A stretch of 64,000 nt of DNA from an uncultured Planctomycetia bacterium (GTDB lineage Bacteria > Omnitrophota > Gorgyraeia > Gorgyraeales > Gorgyraeaceae): the NCBI GenBank assembly GCA_964415355.1, contig CAYPYS010000001.1, forward strand, positions 145,733 to 209,732, written 5' to 3'. Below the pieces are notes generated by a model. The model searched no databases. It saw nothing but the letters and a program-made list of their open reading frames with translations, and was not told the origin of the DNA. Below, one piece after another: positions 1 to 8,404 of this stretch. The translations under genes and the position numbers were made by a program. Numbering within the stretch: the stretch's first letter is position 1; each line of letters starts with the position of its first letter.

Positions 1-690
1 ACAATAGCAGTCTTTCCGACTCCGGCCTCGCCTAAAAGCACAGGATTATTTTTAGTCCGTCGAGAGAGTATCTGGATGACTCTTTCGATTTCATTTTGTC
101 TGCCGATTACCGGGTCAAGTTTATTTTCGCGCACAAGCTGATTAAGGTTTCTCCCGAATGCGTCAAGCGCAGGAGTCTTAGAGCCTGCCTTTACCCCTGC
201 AGATCGACCTGTCCCATGCTTTGTCCCTCCTCCTCCGGTAAAACCAGGCGTTGCAGAGCCCAGGAGATCTGCTATTTCCTGCCTCACTTTATCCAGATCC
301 AGGCCCAGATTCAAAAGCACCTTAGAAGCCACGCCTTCTCCTTCTTTTATAAGTCCTAACAAAATATGCTCTGTGCCGATATAATTATGGCCCAATGTCC
401 TGGCCTCTTCGCCTGAAAGCTCTATTGACTTTTTGGCCTTTGGCGTAAAAGGGATATCACCTGAAACAGCCGTGCTCGTCCCTGGCTTAACGATCTTCTC
501 GATCTCTAATCGTATTTGCTGCAGGCTTAATCCCATTTTCTGAAGCACTACTGCGGCAACCCCTTCGCCTTCCCTTATAAGTCCGAGCAAAACATGCTCT
601 GTGCCTATGTAATCGTGGTTAAACCTCTTTGCTTCTTCCTTGGCAAGTAAAATCACCTTTCTTGCCCGCTCTGTGAAACGGTTAAACATC
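1..690 (-). CDS. clpC: ATP-dependent Clp protease ATP-binding subunit ClpC, N-terminal ~230 aa (gene continues beyond window start)
   Basis: Reverse-strand translation gives [12 protein letters not shown]..., two Clp_N repeats and Walker [12 protein letters not shown] at the window edge; ATG at 688-690 preceded by a GGAGGGG SD. Confidence 0.85.
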
Positions 691-726
691 TTACCCCTCC
701 TGTCCTATTTTGTGCACAACGCACTC

Positions 727-763
727 TAACTTTACATTTCAACAACGTTAAAGTGTAAAGTTA
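727..763. repeat. 37-bp palindromic intergenic repeat family 1, copy 1 (F orientation, arms A/A)
   Basis: TAACTTTACATTTCAACAACGTTAAAGTGTAAAGTTA; last 3 nt are the mcsB stop codon. Confidence 0.9.
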
Positions 764-1810
764 CCTTCCTATTTTTTCTCTGATTATCTGCGCCCTTTTC
801 ACATCCCTCTCATTGGGATCCAGCCTTTTCTTCTCAAGTTTCTGAAGATGGGCTGGCTGTGTAATTGTAAATAATTCATTTATAAGCGCTTGATCGACTT
901 CTTTTATCAATTTCAAATCAACGCCCAGCCTGATAAGCGACAACAGATCTATCGTCTCGCTGCTGGTAATAATATGCGCACTCTTTAAAGTGCCATAGGC
1001 GCGCCATATCCTATCCTGCAACGCTGATCTGTTTTGAGAATACAATGCCTCTCTTGCGCTCTGCTCATGGTCTATTATCTGTTTGATTATCCTTTCGATA
1101 TTGTCAATGATGTCTTCTTCCTTATGCCCCAGAGAAACCTGATTGGAAATTTGGAAAAAATTGCCGCTGGCCTCTGTCCCTTCTCCATAAAAGCCGCGCG
1201 CAGTAAGGCTGAGTTTTGTAATGGCCTGCAGCACCTTTCCGATCTGTTTTGTCATTACAAGGGACGGCAAATGCACCATTACAGACGCCCGCATCCCGGT
1301 ACCTGTATTCGTAGGGCACGCTGTCAAATATCCAAAATCCACCGAATACGCATAGTGCAATAAATTACCGAGGGCATTGTCAATATCATTGATTATATGC
1401 CATGCGTCCTTCAGGTCAAAACCTGACTTCATGACCTGTATGCGCAAGTGATCTTCTTCGTTTATCATTATGCTTACAACTTCTCTATCCGCCACGCAAA
1501 GACCTTTGTTTTCCGCATCTACTGTATGCTCCTTGCTCATCAAATGTCTTTCAACTAAAAACTGCTTGTCTATCTCTTTAAGTTTCCCTATATCCAAACA
1601 GAGAGAATTTTTTATTTTTTTCGACGCCGCTATTGCCTGCTTCGAAACCTGTAGTATCTCTTGCTGTTCTTTTTTGCTCGCCCAATGAGAAAACGGATAT
1701 CTTGCCAGGTTTCTGGCTAATCTGATGCGCGATGATATAACTATATCAGAATTCGGACCAGTGCACCTGAGCCACTCGCCCTGATTATTAAGTAAATCAT
1801 CTAAATTCAT
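761..1810 (-). CDS. mcsB: protein arginine kinase McsB (ATP:guanido phosphotransferase family)
   Basis: 349-aa ORF with guanido-kinase catalytic-domain motifs; sits between mcsA and clpC as in the classical mcsA-mcsB-clpC operon. Confidence 0.8.
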   Translation of the reverse strand: MNLDDLLNNQGEWLRCTGPNSDIVISSRIRLARNLARYPFSHWASKKEQQEILQVSKQAIAASKKIKNSLCLDIGKLKEIDKQFLVERHLMSKEHTVDAENKGLCVADREVVSIMINEEDHLRIQVMKSGFDLKDAWHIINDIDNALGNLLHYAYSVDFGYLTACPTNTGTGMRASVMVHLPSLVMTKQIGKVLQAITKLSLTARGFYGEGTEASGNFFQISNQVSLGHKEEDIIDNIERIIKQIIDHEQSAREALYSQNRSALQDRIWRAYGTLKSAHIITSSETIDLLSLIRLGVDLKLIKEVDQALINELFTITQPAHLQKLEKKRLDPNERDVKRAQIIREKIGR

Positions 1811-1829
1811 CTAACGACTCCTCCTGCCC

Positions 1830-1866
1830 TAACTTTACATTTCAACAACGTTAAAGTGTAAACTTA
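1830..1866. repeat. family 1 copy 2 (F, chimeric arms A/B)
   Basis: TAACTTTACA...TGTAAACTTA; ends 12 nt before the mcsB SD GGAGGAG. Confidence 0.9.
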
Positions 1867-1877
1867 GGCCTTTGCAA

Positions 1878-2390
1878 TTACTTCTTTTTTCTCTCAAGCC
1901 CTCTGATCTTATCCCGTATTTCAGCTGCCCTTTCGAATTCCTCCAGCTGTATAGCCTTCTGCAATTGCTCTTTTAGTTCCTGCAAAGCGCTTTTTGTCTT
2001 AAGTGCTTTAGCCACCTTCTTTGTCGGAGATTTGCCGTAGTGCTGCGTAGAACCATGTATTCTTTTTAAAAGCGGCAGGAGCGCCTCTTTAAAAGCGGCA
2101 TAACATTCTCCGCAACCAAGCCTGCCTACTTTCTTAAAATCTTCGTAAGTAAGGCCGCATCTCGAACACTTGGCTTTGGCCTTGGCTTCTTTCTTTGTCT
2201 TACTCGTAGTAAACTGTGTCCCTAAATCTGCGAGCCCGGCCAATAAGTCAGCGAGCCCAAAATGGCTTTCCATCTGGGCACCTTTCTTCTGAGCGCACGA
2301 TTCGCAAAGATGCAACTCTGTCATTTTGTCATCTACGATCTCTGTCAAATGCACTGTTGCCTGAATCTTGCCGCAAATGTCACATTGCAT
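1878..2390 (-). CDS. mcsA: McsA-like activator of protein arginine kinase (CxxC zinc-finger pairs plus a C-terminal UVR motif)
   Basis: 170 aa; CDICGK...CESC and CSRCG...CGEC cysteine pairs; UvrB/UvrC-like motif EEFERAAEIRDKI near the C-terminus. Confidence 0.7.
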   Translation of the reverse strand: MQCDICGKIQATVHLTEIVDDKMTELHLCESCAQKKGAQMESHFGLADLLAGLADLGTQFTTSKTKKEAKAKAKCSRCGLTYEDFKKVGRLGCGECYAAFKEALLPLLKRIHGSTQHYGKSPTKKVAKALKTKSALQELKEQLQKAIQLEEFERAAEIRDKIRGLERKKK

Positions 2391-2403
2391 AATTCCTCCT
2401 GCC

Positions 2404-2440
2404 CTAACTTTACACTTTAACGTTGTTGAAATGTAAAGTT
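2404..2440. repeat. family 1 copy 3 (R orientation, A/A)
   Basis: TAACTTTACACTTTAACGTTGTTGAAATGTAAAGTTA; immediately follows the mcsA SD. Confidence 0.9.
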
Positions 2441-2451
2441 AAGGTGATGTC

Positions 2452-3324
2452 TTAATATTTTACGCCGTCGACCGTTGTCAATTTTCTGAATTCCTGCATC
2501 AGTTTTAATGTCGCCTTGCCGGGCTTTCCATTGCCAATGGTTCTTTCCTCGATACTGATAACAGGCATTATCTCAGCAGCCGTGCCTGTCAGAAAGCATT
2601 CGTCCGATGTAAAAAGATTGTGCCTTGTAAGCACTTCTTCTTTGATCTCAAGACCCATCTTCTTTCCAATGTCCATCACTGCTGCACGCGTAATACCTTT
2701 TAAAATTCCTAAATACGCAGGCGGGGTCAACAACGATCCATCTTTTATAATAAAAATATTATCGCCCGTGCACTCTGCCACGTAACCAGAGGATGTAAAC
2801 ATCAATGCCTCTTCATATCCGCTGTTCAGCGCTTCTATCTTCGCCAGAATGTTATTTAAATAATTCAATGACTTGATCTGCGGGTTCAAGGCCTCTGGGA
2901 TATTCCTTGGAGTAGGCACGGTAATAAGCTTCAGGCCTTCTTTGTATAGTTTCTCCGGGTAAAGCGCTATTTTGTCTGTAATGATTATGATGGATGGCGC
3001 CTTGCATTTCCTGGGGTCAAGCCCCAGATCGCCAATGCCCCTTGTGGCAATAAGCCGGATATATGCGTCGTCCAGTTTATTGACCTTCAATGTGTCAACA
3101 ACTGCCTTCATCATTTCCTTTTTAGAAATGCTTATCTTCAGCATAATGCCCTGGGCAGACTCATAGAGCCTGTTCACGTGCTCTTCTAACTTAAAAACCA
3201 GCCTTTTATAAGAACGAATGCCTTCGAACACACCGTCCCCATACAAAAATCCATGGTCAAAAACAGAAACCTTGGCATCTTTCTTGTTAAAATATTCACC
3301 ATTGATATAGACTTTCAAACTCAT
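2452..3324 (-). CDS. class IV aminotransferase (branched-chain amino acid or D-amino-acid aminotransferase)
   Basis: Fold-type IV PLP aminotransferase motifs; ORF track extends to 3351, but a GGAGGGGG SD precedes the internal ATG at 3322-3324 (MSLKVYINGEY...). Confidence 0.7.
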   Translation of the reverse strand: MSLKVYINGEYFNKKDAKVSVFDHGFLYGDGVFEGIRSYKRLVFKLEEHVNRLYESAQGIMLKISISKKEMMKAVVDTLKVNKLDDAYIRLIATRGIGDLGLDPRKCKAPSIIIITDKIALYPEKLYKEGLKLITVPTPRNIPEALNPQIKSLNYLNNILAKIEALNSGYEEALMFTSSGYVAECTGDNIFIIKDGSLLTPPAYLGILKGITRAAVMDIGKKMGLEIKEEVLTRHNLFTSDECFLTGTAAEIMPVISIEERTIGNGKPGKATLKLMQEFRKLTTVDGVKY

Positions 3325-3355
3325 CTGCCCCCTCCTCACTATTACGAACATCGCT

Positions 3356-3392
3356 TAACTTTACATTTCAACAATGTTAAAGTGTAAAGTTA
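3356..3392. repeat. family 1 copy 4 (F variant, A/A) overlapping the lolD 3' end
   Basis: Inner CAACAATGTT variant; lolD reads GGT AAC TTT ACA CTT TAA from the repeat. Confidence 0.9.
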
Positions 3393-4042
3393 CCGTCTTT
3401 TATTTCTAAAATCTTGTCTGCTCTTTTAGCCAGCTCTCTATCATGTGTGGCAACAACGATCGCTGTGCCTTTTTTATTCAACTCGAACAAAATCCTGAGT
3501 ATCTCTTCTCCCATGTCTGAATCAAGATTCCCTGTTGGCTCGTCGCACAAGAGTATATCAGGATTATTTATCAGGGCACGGCCAATAGCCACCCTCTGCT
3601 GCTCGCCTCCTGAAAGCTCGCTCGGCTTATGATGTAATCTTTCGCCAAGCCCAAATTGCCGCAATAATGTCCCTGCTCTGCCTTGAGTCCTTAGCCTGGA
3701 ACCTTGGGTCTTTATCAGCGCTGGCATCATTGCGTTCTCTAAAGCACTGAACTCAGGCATGAGATGGTAGAACTGGAAAACAAATCCTATTTTCTGATTC
3801 CTGAGTCGCGCCCTGGTCCTGTCAGGCAAGGTGTAAAAATCTTTATCGTGTAAAAAAACATTGCCTGACGTAGGCCTGTCTATGCCTCCTATTATATGCA
3901 AAAGCGTCGATTTGCCAGCGCCTGACGGCCCGACCAGCGCTACTGATTCTCCTTTTTTAATTTCAAGGTCAATGCCTTTTAGCACGCGCAGATCTTTTTT
4001 GCCATCTCTGTAAATCTTATGTATGCCCTCAGCTCGTAACAT
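3377..4042 (-). CDS. lolD: lipoprotein-releasing ABC transporter ATP-binding protein LolD
   Basis: Walker A GPSGAGKST, ABC signature LSGGEQQRVAIGRAL, Walker B LLCDEPTGNLD; last codons and stop lie inside repeat copy 4. Confidence 0.8.
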   Translation of the reverse strand: MLRAEGIHKIYRDGKKDLRVLKGIDLEIKKGESVALVGPSGAGKSTLLHIIGGIDRPTSGNVFLHDKDFYTLPDRTRARLRNQKIGFVFQFYHLMPEFSALENAMMPALIKTQGSRLRTQGRAGTLLRQFGLGERLHHKPSELSGGEQQRVAIGRALINNPDILLCDEPTGNLDSDMGEEILRILFELNKKGTAIVVATHDRELAKRADKILEIKDGNFTL

Positions 4043-4045
4043 AGA

Positions 4046-5227
4046 TCACTCGTATCTAAGCGCCTGCACAGGTTCCACGCTCGCCGCCTTCCACGCAGGA
4101 TACATAGTTGAAACCAGGCTGATAGCTATTGCGGCGACTATTACGACTGCTGAGTCTGCCACGTTGACGTTGACAGGAAGCCTGTCAATATAATAAATAT
4201 CTCTAGGCAATTTTACGAACTCATACGTCTTTAAAAGATAGCATAGTAAAAATCCGCCTGATGCGCCCAACGCTGTGCCCAAGCACCCTATAAAAAATCC
4301 ATTTAACATAAAAATCTTTCCTATGCTGGAATTTCTCATGCCAATGGATTTCAAAATACCGATATCCCTTGTCTTCTCCGTAACCATCATGATCAGCGTA
4401 CCCACAATGTTGAAACAGGCAACGAGCACAATGAGCGCGAGTATGATAAACATGGTGACCTTCTCTAATTTCAATGCGTTGAATAAATTCTTGTTTAAAT
4501 CCGCCCAACTCCTCGCCCAATAACTATATCCAATAGAAGACTGGATCTCATCCCTTATGTTATTAGCCTCGTAAGCATCATCGACCTTCACGCCTATGCC
4601 GCCCGCCATATTTCCCACGGCGTAAAAATCCTGCGCAGCCTCCAGGCTCGTAAACACAAGATTCATATCATAGTCGAACATGTCAGATTTAAATATTCCT
4701 ATTACAGTAAAAAGCCTTGGCTTTGTATTCGCAGCTGAAATCAAAGAGATAGTATCGCCGAGCCGCAGATTAAGCCTCCACGCGAGTTCTCTCCCTATGA
4801 GCACCGTGTCTCCTTCCAGCTCAAAACTTCCAGAGATCAAATATTTCTTTAAATTCGTGACTTGCTTTTCTCTCTGCGGGTCAATGCCCCTGAACAATAC
4901 CCCTGTTACCTGGTCCTCCTGCCTTATCAGGGCCTGTCCGTTCACAAAAGGCGCGCTCGCTACGACGCGCGGTATATTATTTATCTCCTCTACCAGTGCA
5001 TTGTAATTCTCGATGCCGCCGTCTTTTTCTATGACAATGTGTGAATTCGTGCCCACTATTTTGTCGCGCAGGTCATTATCAAAGCCGCTCATTACCGAAA
5101 GTACGACTATGAGCGCCATCACTCCGACAGCCACGCCCAGAATAGAGATGAAGCTTATAAAAGAAATAAATCTTTCCTTGCGCCTCGAAAACAAATACCT
5201 TAAGCTTATCCAAAATTCACACTTCAT
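4046..5227 (-). CDS. LolC/LolE-type lipoprotein-release permease (FtsX/MacB-like)
   Basis: 393 aa; N-terminal TM helix, large periplasmic domain and a C-terminal FtsX-like 3-TM bundle; directly downstream of lolD. Confidence 0.75.
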   Translation of the reverse strand: MKCEFWISLRYLFSRRKERFISFISFISILGVAVGVMALIVVLSVMSGFDNDLRDKIVGTNSHIVIEKDGGIENYNALVEEINNIPRVVASAPFVNGQALIRQEDQVTGVLFRGIDPQREKQVTNLKKYLISGSFELEGDTVLIGRELAWRLNLRLGDTISLISAANTKPRLFTVIGIFKSDMFDYDMNLVFTSLEAAQDFYAVGNMAGGIGVKVDDAYEANNIRDEIQSSIGYSYWARSWADLNKNLFNALKLEKVTMFIILALIVLVACFNIVGTLIMMVTEKTRDIGILKSIGMRNSSIGKIFMLNGFFIGCLGTALGASGGFLLCYLLKTYEFVKLPRDIYYIDRLPVNVNVADSAVVIVAAIAISLVSTMYPAWKAASVEPVQALRYE

Positions 5228-5284
5228 GATTAGCTATCATTCTGTCATTCCCACTTTCGTGGGAATGACACTCTTGTTGCATAC

Positions 5285-6727
5285 TTAAGCTTCGGGTTTT
5301 AGCTGCGGAAACAGGATCACGTCGCGTATCGCAGGCTGATTGGCGAGAATCATAACCAGCCGATCTATGCCAATACCCAGACCGCCTGCCGGAGGCATGC
5401 CGTATTCCAACGCGCGCACAAAATCTTCGTCGATCTTCTTCGCGCCTTCCTGTCCCACCAGCTGCTCTTCAAATCGCTTTCGCTGCTCGATCGGATCATT
5501 GAGCTCTGAATACGCGTTCGCGACTTCTATGCCGCCAATGAAAAGCTCAAACCTATCTGTAAGCAAGGGATTGCCCTTCTTTCTCTTTGCCAGAGGACAT
5601 ATATCAGCAAATAAGTCAATGACAAATATAGGCTTATCTTTTGTTTCAGGCTCCAGCATATCTGAAATAATGTTAACTATTTGAGAACGCGTAATATCCT
5701 TGCCCTTGAAATCCATGCCCTTCTTCTTGAGTTTTTTGATCCATTCCTTCGCAGGATCATCAGGATTTATGTCGAACCGCTTTTTAATTTCGTCTGCAAA
5801 TGACCATTTGGGCCACGGCGTTTCAAGATCGATATCCTGGTTTCCAAACCTGACCCTGGTCGTGCCTAAGACTTCTTTTGCCGCATGACTGAACAATTCT
5901 TCTGTAAGCCGCATCATACCTTCGCAATCAGAATACGCCTCGTACACCTCAAGCATCGTAAACTCAGGATTATGCCTGATGGAAATACCCTCGTTTCTAA
6001 AATTCCTATTAAGCTCATATACCTTATCAAACCCGCCAACAAGCAGCCTCTTCAAATGCAATTCCGGCGCAAGCCTCAAAAACAGATCCATGTCGAGCGC
6101 CTTGTGATGCGTCTTAAACGGCTCACCAGCCGCGCCACCTGCCAGCGAATGCATCATCGGGGTCTCTACCTCCAAAAATCCCTTTTCATCCAAAAAGCTT
6201 CTTATTTTTGAAATTATTTTACTGCGCAATTTAAAGACGCTTCGCACGTCTTCGTTTACGATCAAATCAACATATCTCTGGCGATATCTTATCTCAACGT
6301 CCTTTAGGCCATGCCACTTTTCAGGAAGCGGCCGCAGACCCTTGGAAAGCAATGTTATTTCAGTCGCGTTTATCGTGATCTCTCCGGTGCGCGTCTTGAA
6401 CAAGCTCCCCTCTACCCCCAATATATCACCTATATCTAATCTTTTTAATATATTATCATATATATCTACGCCAATATTATTACTCTTTATATAGACCTGT
6501 ATCCTGCCGCCTGCATCTCGAAGATCAAGAAAAGTGCTTTTACCGTGCTCGCGAAACGCGGTGATCCTGCCGGCAGTTTTGACATTCGCGCCTTCAGCAA
6601 AGTCTTTTGTCAGGTCATGGATACGCTTTGTTTTATTGAAACGCCTGCCGTACGCATTAACTCCTATCTCGTTGAGTGCATTTAACTTATCGATTCTCTG
6701 TTTTACAAATTCGTTCATATCCTGCAT
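5285..6727 (-). CDS. lysS: lysine--tRNA ligase (class II)
   Basis: 480 aa; OB-fold anticodon-binding N-terminus and class II core motifs (FLEVETPMM, GGIEVANAYSELNDP, GLGIGIDRLVM). Confidence 0.9.
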   Translation of the reverse strand: MQDMNEFVKQRIDKLNALNEIGVNAYGRRFNKTKRIHDLTKDFAEGANVKTAGRITAFREHGKSTFLDLRDAGGRIQVYIKSNNIGVDIYDNILKRLDIGDILGVEGSLFKTRTGEITINATEITLLSKGLRPLPEKWHGLKDVEIRYRQRYVDLIVNEDVRSVFKLRSKIISKIRSFLDEKGFLEVETPMMHSLAGGAAGEPFKTHHKALDMDLFLRLAPELHLKRLLVGGFDKVYELNRNFRNEGISIRHNPEFTMLEVYEAYSDCEGMMRLTEELFSHAAKEVLGTTRVRFGNQDIDLETPWPKWSFADEIKKRFDINPDDPAKEWIKKLKKKGMDFKGKDITRSQIVNIISDMLEPETKDKPIFVIDLFADICPLAKRKKGNPLLTDRFELFIGGIEVANAYSELNDPIEQRKRFEEQLVGQEGAKKIDEDFVRALEYGMPPAGGLGIGIDRLVMILANQPAIRDVILFPQLKPEA

Positions 6728-6789
6728 GAGTATACACTCCTTTGCGGCAATTATATCCTATATGCCATATAGTGTCAACATTAATTGGC

Positions 6790-6826
6790 TAACTTTACAT
6801 TTCAACAACGTTAAAGTGTAAACTTA
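6790..6826. repeat. family 1 copy 5 (F, A/B)
   Basis: Last 3 nt are the lnt stop codon. Confidence 0.9.
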
Positions 6827-8194
6827 GGGTAAAGGGAGTTTAATTTTGGAGGTTTTGTGGCCAGTGATAAAAAGGTGGGTTCCGCTGTCTTCCACAGAAT
6901 CATATATCCTGCCCCTTGCATCAATAAAACAGGAAAGGCCTGTGTTAGCGCATCTTACTACAGGTACGCGATTTTCTATTGCGCGAAAAACAGAGCATGC
7001 AGCGTGTTGATATGGCGCGCCCGTCCTGCCGTACCAAGCGTCGTTGGTGATGACAACGAGAAATTGCGCTCCGCTCTTTACGAACTCGCGAGAAATCTCA
7101 GGAAAAATGTCTTCGTAGCAGATCAGGACGGCAAATTTAGCTTGGAGTCCGGAGCCTTGAGTCCGGAGCCTAAATATTCTAAATTCTTTTCCTGCAGTAA
7201 ATTCTCCCAATTCCCCTAATACTAAATTGCGCAGGACTGGAAATTTTTCAGAAAATGGCACATATTCTCCGAAAGGGACAAGGTGGATCTTGTCGTATCT
7301 CCCGGTGGTCTCGCCTTTGCCCGAGACAAGAACCGCGCTGTTAAAATTTCGCACACCTTCATATGTATTGGCTCCCAATAAAATCGGCATGTTTATATCC
7401 TTTGCCAGATCCAAAACTAGCTGCGTGTGCCCTCTGTCCTCTTCAAAAAATCCGGGAAACGACGTCTCTGGCCAGATTATTAGATCAGAGGCGTCAAAGG
7501 CCGAAAGCCTGGTCAGGTCTGTGTATCTATCCAGGATATATTCTGTAAAGTCGGGATCCCACTTCATCTCCTGCGGGATATTACCCTGCACGACTGAGAT
7601 TTTAACAGCGCTCCCTTCTTCGTATTTAACCTCATTAATTATCCCGTATGCAACCGCTGCCACCAAAACCATGGCGGCAATTATTATTTCGCGAAACGAT
7701 CTCTTAAATAACCTGTAGATCGCAACGTTTACAAGCATTATCATGAAAGACACGCCGTATACCCCTGCAAAATCCGCAATCTGTATCAACGGTAAATTTT
7801 TGTATTGCGAATAACCTAAAAGCGCCCAGCCGAATCCGGTAAATAAATGCGCCTGGACATATTCGAGCAATATCCATATAAAAGGCGTGAATAAAATCGC
7901 TGTTTGCCGCCTACCGCCTGCCGCTCGACTAAAAACAAAACCAAATACTCCAAAATACAACGCCAGATAAAGGCAAAGTACTATTAATCCAAAAATCGTC
8001 ACATGATAGAGCCAATACAAGGTTCCTAAATAAAATAAAAATCCACAGAGATAGGAAATTAAAAATGCCCTTTTAGGCGGCTGGTTTTTAATCGCAAAAA
8101 ACAACGGCACAAAACCGATAAAAGCGATGTAGCTGAGATTAAAATTCGGGAATGAAATGACTAATAGTAAAGACGAAAAAAGTAGTAATAGCAT
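6824..8194 (-). CDS. lnt: apolipoprotein N-acyltransferase
   Basis: 456 aa; N-terminal multi-TM region plus a CN-hydrolase domain (VICYEDIFPE); stop codon is the last 3 nt of repeat copy 5. Confidence 0.8.
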   Translation of the reverse strand: MLLLLFSSLLLVISFPNFNLSYIAFIGFVPLFFAIKNQPPKRAFLISYLCGFLFYLGTLYWLYHVTIFGLIVLCLYLALYFGVFGFVFSRAAGGRRQTAILFTPFIWILLEYVQAHLFTGFGWALLGYSQYKNLPLIQIADFAGVYGVSFMIMLVNVAIYRLFKRSFREIIIAAMVLVAAVAYGIINEVKYEEGSAVKISVVQGNIPQEMKWDPDFTEYILDRYTDLTRLSAFDASDLIIWPETSFPGFFEEDRGHTQLVLDLAKDINMPILLGANTYEGVRNFNSAVLVSGKGETTGRYDKIHLVPFGEYVPFSEKFPVLRNLVLGELGEFTAGKEFRIFRLRTQGSGLQAKFAVLICYEDIFPEISREFVKSGAQFLVVITNDAWYGRTGAPYQHAACSVFRAIENRVPVVRCANTGLSCFIDARGRIYDSVEDSGTHLFITGHKTSKIKLPLP

Positions 8195-8271
8195 GATATG
8201 CTCGTTTTGGAATCACTTCTCACCTTGGGCAGGTCTAAAAAAGCCTCTTTATTTTTTGCGGGCATGGCGCC

Positions 8272-8308
8272 TAAGTTTACACTTTAACGTTGTTGAAATG
8301 TAAACTTA
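8272..8308. repeat. family 1 copy 6 (R, arms B/B)
   Basis: TAAGTTTACACTTTAACGTTGTTGAAATGTAAACTTA; between the secA terminator and the lnt start. Confidence 0.9.
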
Positions 8309-8314
8309 GGCGAG

Positions 8315-8370
8315 CAAAAAATAAAACGGAGCGAAGTCCGCCTCGCTGGGGCGGACAAGCGTCTTTTTTA
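8315..8370. terminator. putative bidirectional intrinsic terminator after secA
   Basis: GTCCGCC-tcgctgg-GGCGGAC hairpin (8336-8356), followed by a T-run on the plus strand (TCTTTTTTA) and by TTTTATTTTTTG on the minus strand. Confidence 0.5.
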
Positions 8371-8404
8371 AGGTCTGCCCAAGGTGAGAAGCATTAACTT
8401 AAAA

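Larger units (their letters stand above)
8218..8389. repeat. 15-bp long-range inverted repeat pair enclosing the secA terminator and family 1 copy 6
   Basis: TCTCACCTTGGGCAG (8218-8232) and CTGCCCAAGGTGAGA (8375-8389) are exact reverse complements. Confidence 0.7.

Noticed and set aside
727-763. IHF binding site (WATCAANNNNTTR) inside the element, as in E. coli RIP/BIME units
   Set aside because: The best alignment (TTCAACAACGTTA) violates the TTR spacing and the A at position 2. The match is too weak to call.
1830-2440. CtsR operator or CIRCE-like heat-shock operator upstream of mcsA/mcsB
   Set aside because: The element matches neither the GTCAAA heptad direct repeat of CtsR boxes nor the TTAGCACTC-N9-GAGTGCTAA CIRCE consensus. 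It also occurs at nearly every spacer regardless of gene function.
6534-6821. Plus-strand ORFs ending in ...[10 protein letters not shown] or ...HFNIVKV (6534..6821, 12451..12642, 15130..15579, 21142..21351, 24952..25161, 27275..27463), which look like a conserved C-terminal peptide family
   Set aside because: Each ORF is antisense to a well-supported minus-strand gene. The shared tail is just the third-frame translation of the 37-bp element in which each ORF terminates.
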